DNA of 64,000 nucleotides, taken from NCBI RefSeq assembly GCF_009914755.1, contig NC_060933.1; one strand, written 5' to 3'. The position numbers and the translations under genes are program-made. The stretch's first letter is position 1. Each line of letters begins with the position of its first letter. Under the pieces are notes generated by a model. That model saw only the letters and a list, made by a program, of their open reading frames with translations, was not told the origin of the DNA and did not search any database. The stretch comes from the human T2T-CHM13v2.0 reference genome, Homo sapiens. This document shows, one piece after another, positions 48,901 through 64,000 of the stretch.

Positions 48901-49409
48901 TCTTCTGGCCATTACTGAGATAGCTCCTGCTCTGGTCTCACTGGGGCTGTTTATTTCTCTATGGGAGGCTTTAGAACAGTAACTAAACTACAGTGCAAAA
49001 CAGTGATCTGTAGATTAGTGTTTCTTAATCATCAGCACTAACAATAGAATCTAAACTCCCAGGGACCTGGAGACTTGGCTGAGAACAGCCTGACATAAGT
49101 GCAGTCTCTCTTAATACTAAAAAATTTATGCTACCCCAAAATATGTCTGTATCTGTTTTCAAATGAAAATCATTTTTCCAGAATCTTCAGGTGAAATTGA
49201 TACTCCAGGATTATGTTCATCTTGTGATTTCAGATATCATCTGGGGGGAGAGGATTCACACATATGCTAGTCTGTGAGATACAGTAGTAGAAATCAAAGG
49301 ACTTACCTAGCTCTAAGAACTGTACGAAAATAGTGATGGTACCAACAATTTTACCAATGGCTAGATTTAGGAGATGGTGTTCTCTTGATTCAAGATTAAG
49401 GCTAAGCTC

Positions 49410-50590
49410 ATCAGTTCAGTTCAGTTTAAGAACTATTATTATATATCAAGCTTGTGCTAGTTTATGATGGAGATGATAAGGTCTCTGCTCTTGAAGATTC
49501 TGTAGACTAATGGGCAAGACATATGTCACTATATAATTTTAATATAACATGGTAAGTGATAAAAATCATGGTATGTATAAGGTCCTTTGAAAACACACAG
49601 GTGGGGCACTTAGCCCAGCCTGGAGACTCACAGAGGCTTCCTGCAGGAGATAAGGCCTAAAAACAGAAACCAAGTAAGAGGAATGAAAAGGACATGCAAT
49701 TTAGAGGGGACAACATCAGCAAAGGGGACACTGTCAGGTTCACGGTGGGAAGAATTGGGAGGTGACGCTGGAGAGGAGCCACATTCAGGTATACACAATG
49801 CAAGGGGATGTGGACCCCTCCACAGGCTGCTGGTTAGCCAATGGAACATTTTCCATCCTCCAGTAGGGTAGTCAGATATACACGGAAGGTGGATGACTGG
49901 CTGCGGGGTGGAAGAAGAATTCATGGACAGCAGGACTAGAGGCCTCGCAGTGTTTAGGAAAAAGACAATGAGAGCCCAAATGAGATCATTGCTGCAGGCA
50001 CAGAAGGGAAAGAGAAAATACCAGGATACTTGGGGAAGCAAATTTAGCAGAATTTTGGTGTCTTTGGGGGCAATGGTGAGGGGAGAAGAGTCCAGAATGG
50101 CTCCCAGGATTCTGGCTTTCTGGGTGACTGGACGTTAAGCCATCACCCAAGTTTGGGATATGAGAAGAGAAGCCGATTTGGTGGGGAAAAAAGATGGTGA
50201 ATTCAGTCTTGGACATACTGACTTGAGGTGTCTAAGAAACATCTGTATGTTTATGTGCATGTCTGTCTATTCAGCAGGTTGTTGGATCTATGAGTCTGAG
50301 ACTTAGAGACAAGGTCAGAGCTAGAGATGAAGTTGTGGGAGTCACCAGTGTGCAAGTGGTGATTAATCCATGGGTGTGCATGAGAGTTCTTGCAAGGGGA
50401 AGAGGAAACGGAAGTAAGGGCTTATGCAAGGAGGATTGTTGAGTAAAGTGGAAGGCCCAGCCTCTGCCTGCTCACTAATGTCAGTGCTGAACAAGCCCAC
50501 TGGCAGTGGATGCTGAGGGAAGGAAGGAAGGAGTCTGTCTGTAAGCTTGAGCACTTTTTCCAAGAGGTGGAGAAGGCAGAGAGCCCAAGC
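49410..50590 (-). mobile_element. L2
   Basis: Antisense L2 3' end through gatggtgaattcagtcttggacatactgacttgaggtgtcta and gtgggagtcaccag. Confidence 0.75.
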
Positions 50591-51045
50591 CTTGAAGAAA
50601 TGTTCCTTAGTGGCCTGGCATCTCGGAAATTTGACTCCATGACTTTGGAGTGATCTTTCCATTATTATTTTCCTTGAGCACCCAGAAAGAGAATTCTGAA
50701 CTAAATGTATTCTTTCACATGGCTGAGTTAAGGATAGTGTTAATTACTGAAATATATGTAAGGTTTTTTTTTTTTTTTGGTTGTTTGAAAACTAAGCCCA
50801 CCTTTGAAGTCCAGAGATGTCCTTTCACTCTAATGTATGCTGAGGTGGCAACTGGTAACTGCTTCTTTGTAGGTAATAGCCATAGCCTTAGTTTCATCCT
50901 CCTTTCTCCATGACTAAAACTTGCTCCAACTTCTGCATTTCGTTTTTATGATGTATTAATGAGGAGCAAAGACATAAAGGGGTTTCAGAATTTGGAAGAG
51001 CCATGGAGAGTCCCTCTTCCAAACTCCCTATTTAACAAATAAAGA

Positions 51046-51350
<305 letters not shown>

Positions 51351-51680
51351 TTAGGACCCTGAGAGGCTATGTGTCTTGCTCAAGGTCACAGAGTGAATTC
51401 CTAGCAGCATTCAGGCTAGGACCCAGGTATTCTGACTCAGTGGCCAGTGTTCTTGTTAGATAGTGAGAAAATAGAATTTAGTCCAATTTGTTTTTCAATC
51501 TCGAATTCAGGATCCAGCAAAACTGCCTAATTTTCATGACAGTTTGAAGAAAGGCCCAAATCAAATGCCTCCCCCTCTGTGAGGCCTACCCAGTTTCTCA
51601 GGTGAGAGTTACCCACTTTGTGTGCTATGCGCTAGGACTGCTACCAGTACGTCCCAGGACAATCAGTCTTTCACAAGTAT

Positions 51681-52560
<880 letters not shown>

Positions 52561-54001
52561 ATACAGCTCTCTACTAGATTATAAACTCCTTGCAGATAAA
52601 ACTATTCATTTTATCATTATCCATTATATTATTTCCTTAGCACCCAGAAGAATCCTGTATTTAATTGGCTCATATGGAAAATTTTAGAAAGAGAGAGACA
52701 TCGGGGCTCAGACTATCTTCTGATCAGGAACCAAAACGAGCTGGGAGGTAACAGAGTTCTTTTTCATAGTAATTGTGTTCCATATCATGGTGAAATCGTG
52801 CCAGAACAAGCTTCAGACTCTTTCTGGTCTTACTCCTTCTGACCGTGCTGTTCCAAAGAACTTCCCATACAGGAAATAACAATGATGGCAGTAGCTGTCA
52901 AATTCTAAAGACGGGGATAGACTCTGGACCTCCTCAGGCCCCTGAGCCCACTGTAGAGCAGGGACGTGACTTAACTGAAGTTCAGGACTGCGGCCACAGT
53001 CACATCCACCTGTGAGCAATGGAGGACTTTCAACACAGAACACTCTGCATCCCCTGCATTCTGTTACTAAGCAGCTCATAGAACACGAAGAGGTATTAAC
53101 CTTGTTATTTGCAGAGTTACAAAAAGCTGAGTCAGGTATTCCAAAGCAAACCCAGACCAGAAGCCACCTGAGAGTTCGTGCCGGCAAGGACAGATTCAGA
53201 ATGTACAAAAACGATGAAAATAATATTCTGTGATCACCCTATAACCTACTTCCTTACTGACCAAACACATGTCTCATTCCCATTAAAAAGTTATGCTCAG
53301 CCACTGCCCTCTCTAGGATTATCTGATGTTAAACAGTAATTCTGCCCATTTAGGGTCAGCTACTCAAAAGCAAAGAACAGCAACTTTAGGTCAAAATATA
53401 TTCTTCCAGGAGAGAAGCCCAAGTCTCTCCCCTATTATTGCGGGAATAGTGTACGAGCACCAGACTAGAGAGGAAGCTAACACTTATTAAACATGTATTC
53501 TAGTCAGCTGCTAGACATTTTCAGGTAAGCCTCACAGGACCCCTCCAAGGTGGTATTAATGTCCCTGTTTTAGAAGGAGGAGTACTGAGATTCAGAGACA
53601 TTAGAGAACTTGTCCAAGGTCTTACCAGTAAAAGTGGCAAAACCAGGATTGAACTTAGGTCTGACACTACATAGTTCATATTCTATTATGTGACTATATT
53701 CCTCCTTAAAGGAAAATTTAGGAATTCGGTTTCCTTTAGGAAGATGTAGGAAATAGAATGTACTGAAACTAAGATAACAGTTGACTTAAGTCTTTTCTAA
53801 CTCAGCCTTCCTCAGGCCCATGTGTGAGCTGGTTTCTATCCTTTCCCTGAGACTCTTGGGCACATAGGACCATAATGTCTGTTTGATTTTACTTTTAAGT
53901 ATATTCTTTTGGTCAGTCCCAGTCTAACAAAATTTTAAGATTTAATGCATTCTATCCATGCAAGAGAATTACATGTGGTTTTGCTTGCTAAAGAAGGTGG
54001 A

Positions 54002-54386
<385 letters not shown>

Positions 54387-54844
54387 TCAGCCTTTGCATG
54401 TGTTATTTGCTCTGACTAGAACTCTGCCCACACTACCTGACTAATGCCTGTGTGTTTTTCCAGGAAGCTTTCATGACACTACCCTCTATAATCTTTCTCC
54501 TATTTCCTCCAGGCTGAGTAAGAATCTTCCCTTTGTTTTCATTGTTATGAGTGTTGTCTGTATACTCTAGTAAATTATTTTTATGTGAATCATAATAGTT
54601 TAATTAATCAGTCTTCTGATTCACAGTTTGAGCTGGCTATAGGCAAGGTCCTTCTGTAAAGAGTTGATGAAATCTACTTTTAAGAGTAGAAGGATAGACA
54701 AGATGCCAAGACAATTCAATAGGGAAAAAGAATAGTCTTATTAACAAATGGCTGGGACACTTGGATATTCACATGTGAAAGAATAAAGTTGGATTCCTAC
54801 CTCACACCATATACAAAAGTTAAGTCAAAATAGATCAGAGGTCA

Positions 54845-55134
<290 letters not shown>

Positions 55135-55728
55135 TCAGAAACATAAATATAAGAGCTAAAACTACAATTCTTAGAAGAAAACATAGAAGTGGGTTTTCTG
55201 ACCTTTGGTTAAGCAGTGGTTTCTTGGATATAACATCAAAAGCACAAACAAAAGAAAAAAACAGATAAATTGGACTTCATCAAAATTACAAGCTTCTGTG
55301 CTTCAAGGACAGCATCAAGAAAAGACAACTCACAGAATGGGAGAAAATATTTGCAAATAATATATCTGTTAAGAAACCTGTATCTAGAACAAAGAACTAT
55401 TACAACTCAATAATAGACAAGTAATCCAATTAAAATGGGCAATGTATTTGAGTAGGCATTTCTCCATGTGCCCAATAAGCACATGAAAAGATGCTCAACA
55501 TCACTAATCATTAGGGAAACAAAACAACAAAATACCACTTCATACCCACTAGAATGGCTAAATGAAAAAAGACATAACAAGTGTTGGCAAAGATGTGAAG
55601 AAACTGGAACTCTAATACATTGCTGGTGGGATTGTGAAAGGGTCTAGCCACTTTTGAAAAGTCTGACAGTTTCTCAAAATGTTAAACATAGAGTTACCAT
55701 CTGACCAAGTATTCCACTCCTAGGTATA

Positions 55729-56407
55729 CAGTCATCACCCTTTATCTGCAGGGGATATGTTCCAAGACCCCCAGTGGATGCTAAAACCGTGGATAGTTAG
55801 TGCCAAACCTTATATACACTATGTTTTTTCCTAGATGTATATACCTATGATAAAGCTTATATAAATTAGGTATAGTAAGAGATTAACAATAATAGTAGGA
55901 CTATATTAGAACTATATGTGTACTAGAACAATTACAACAATATACTGCTCACAATTTCATGGATGAAGATTCATTTTTACTGTAGATCTTAGCAACCTCA
56001 GCATACTATTTTTTTCTTTCGTTATTAAGAACTTTCATGTTTCCACTTAAACAAAACACTTGACAACTTCTCTTTGGCATATTCAAACTGCCAGCATCGT
56101 TACTTTTTCATTTTGGAGCCATTAGGTAAAACAAGGGTTATGTGAACACAAGCACTATGATACCATGACAGTCAACCTGATAATCCAGACAGTTTACTAA
56201 GTGACTAATGGTTATGCTGGAGAAAGCGATGACTCATATCCAGGGTGGGATGGCATGAAATTTCCTTATGCTACTCAGAATGGTGTGCAATTTAAAATTT
56301 CTAAATTATTTGTTTCTTGAAGTTTTGATTTAATGGTTTTGGACCACAGTTGACTGCAGGTAACTGAAACTGCAGAAAGCAAATCCATGGATAAGGGGAG
56401 ACTACTG
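55729..56407 (-). mobile_element. MER44 (Tigger7-derived) DNA transposon
   Basis: TIRs cagtcatcaccctttatc / gataaggggagactactg. Interior resembles MER44C/D. Confidence 0.8.
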
Positions 56408-56570
56408 CATATCCAAGAGAAATGAAAACATCTATACACACAAAAACATGCAGTTGTTCACAGCATCATTATTCATAACAATTCAAACGTCCATCTACTA
56501 ACAAGTGAATAAATAAAATGTGACACATCCACACAATGGAATATTATTTGGCCATAAAAAGGAATGAAGT

Positions 56571-57263
<693 letters not shown>

Positions 57264-57744
57264 TTATATAAACTGTCTAAATTAGGCAAATCCACAGAGA
57301 CGGAAAGCGTATTACTGATTGCCAGGGGCTGGGGGTGCTGGCAGGAAATGGGAATGACTATCAATGTGTATGGGATTTCTTTGGGGGTTGGTAAAAGCAT
57401 TTTAAAATTGAATAGTTGTAATTTTATATAAAATTAGATAGCAATAATGGTTGCACAACTGTTAGTAAACCAAAAAATACCAAATTAAACACCTTAAAAG
57501 GATAAATTTTATGGTATGTAAATTACATGGTGGATTTTTTTTTTTTTAAGTAGAAGAGTAATGGCAATAAAGTACGGAGAACCATCTTAGGGTGACTTTC
57601 AGAGCCATCAGGAAAAACTGTCACAGAAATAAAAAGTAAAAAAACTTAGTAAAGTTGTTGAAATAGTTGTAGCTTGTTATACACCTGAGAGTTATTTTTC
57701 ACAGTGATTTAGTAATTAAATCTATAAAAGGAAATGTGTTAATT

Positions 57745-57870
57745 GGCCAGGCCTGGTGGCTCACACCTGTAATCCCAGCAATTTGGGAGGCCCAGGCAGG
57801 TGGATCACCTGAGGTCAGGAGTTCGAGACCAGCCTGGCCCGACAGAGGGAGACTCTGTCTCAAAAAATAA
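57745..57870 (+). mobile_element. Internally deleted Alu (left-arm/right-arm fusion)
   Basis: gagaccagcctggcc joined directly to cgacagagggagactctgtctc. Confidence 0.85.
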
Positions 57871-57935
57871 ACAGAAAAAGTAAAAAATAAAGGGAAATGT
57901 AAGTGTGAATTGATGAATGGATAAATAACATATGG

Positions 57936-61402
<3,467 letters not shown>

Positions 61403-61595
61403 TGTGGTGTACCCACACAACGAAGTACCATTCAGCCATCAAAAGGACTCAGTGCTGATTCATGCTTACAACATGGAGAAACCTGGGAAATATCGTGCCA
61501 ACAGAAAGGGCCAGTCACAAAAGGCCACATATTATATAATTCAATTTATGAATTGAAAGGCAAACCTGTAGAAATATAAAATGACTGGTGGCTGC

Positions 61596-62972
<1,377 letters not shown>

Positions 62973-63789
62973 TGTCCCTGGTCTCCACTCAGAGAAGCCA
63001 GAGTGCCACCACCAGTCCCCGTTGTGAGCCATTGGACTCAAGAATGACCTAATGGCTTAACCTTGTACTGTGACAGAGCCTGAGTTGCCTGAATTTTAAT
63101 GATACAAAGAATTTTAATTATACTAATTTTATTTTATTTTAATTTTTTTGTGAGACGGAGTTTCGCTCTTGTCGCTCTTCTTGCTTGTCTCGCCAACATC
63201 TCATGAAAAACCTTCTAGGACAGCTGGGATACCTCCAATTCATTCTTTTTAATGGTTATATAGCATCTCATAGTAAAGATAAAATATAATTTATTCATTC
63301 AAACACGTGGTTGGAACTTGAGTAGAGGCCCAAGCTCTCTGGGGTATTTGGGATCTATATATTTTGTGTCTGCCGCCACAAACTGGGAGACATTTGCTTT
63401 AACTCTCCACCTGTGGGAGCAACGTAATGTTAGAGAGTGCTGGTTGCCAAGCCTAGGCACTCGAGGAGAAAAACAAAATTCACCTTCCCCCTTTTTCTGA
63501 TCCTTCCATTCATCTGGACATCTCTTCTTTCACCATTTCCTGCTTTCCCCCCTCTAAAATAAGGGAAAATTACTGCTTTGTTTTTTTAAAGCACCGTATC
63601 AAGTTTTACTTTTAACTACAGCCAAATGGCATCAACCATAATTTCTCCTTTCCTTGGCACCATTTCCTCTCTCTTCTTCTGTGCCTCTGCTTCCCTCTGG
63701 TTTCCTTGCTCCTCATTCTCCCTTACTCTTGCCTCCATTTTCTCTTTCTGACTCCTTCTGTCTTATCTTCTATTTCACTTATCTCAAAT

Positions 63790-63835
63790 GAGAGAGAGAG
63801 AGAGAGAAGGAAGGAGAGAGGGAGGGAGGGAAGGA
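63790..63835. repeat. (GA)n/(GGGA)n purine tract after a long pyrimidine-rich stretch
   Basis: Directly visible. Confidence 0.85.
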
Positions 63836-64000
63836 TCCAATGATCTCCCTAGATATGAAATAAAAAGGAACAGTTGCCCAAACCTCCAGTCTTCTTGGTT
63901 GCCAGCTTGGTTGCTATTTTTAATACTAGGCCATAGCAGCAGATCAGCCAGGGATTTAATAGGGAGATTCTAGAAATGAGAGTCATGGAAGTGTTGAGAT

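Overview
Primate (very probably human) genomic DNA dominated by transposable-element fossils: many Alu copies, L1PA/L1PB/L1M, L2, MIR, MaLR/ERVL/ERV9 LTRs and hAT/Tigger DNA transposons. No intact protein-coding sequence is supportable. The ORF track is explained by Alu, L1, LTR, low-complexity or GC-rich sequence. The one gene feature is a CpG-island promoter with a short first exon (~41260-41310, donor GT at 41311). From memory I recognise it as TMEM45B exon 1, which would make the rest of the window intron 1; this needs an alignment to confirm. A solo LTR12 with nine CCAAT boxes lies ~0.7 kb upstream and points away from the gene. A strong CTCF-motif cluster lies at ~12.8 kb. I found no evidence for a new multi-gene system. 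The most unusual structure is a series of locally templated insertion and fold-back scars (5.6, 31.2, 35.6, 36.0, 51.8 and 61.6-63.0 kb), several at (TA)n tracts. There is also a probable exon-1 uORF and an internally deleted, TSD-flanked L1PB. Repeat subfamily calls and boundaries are by eye and approximate.
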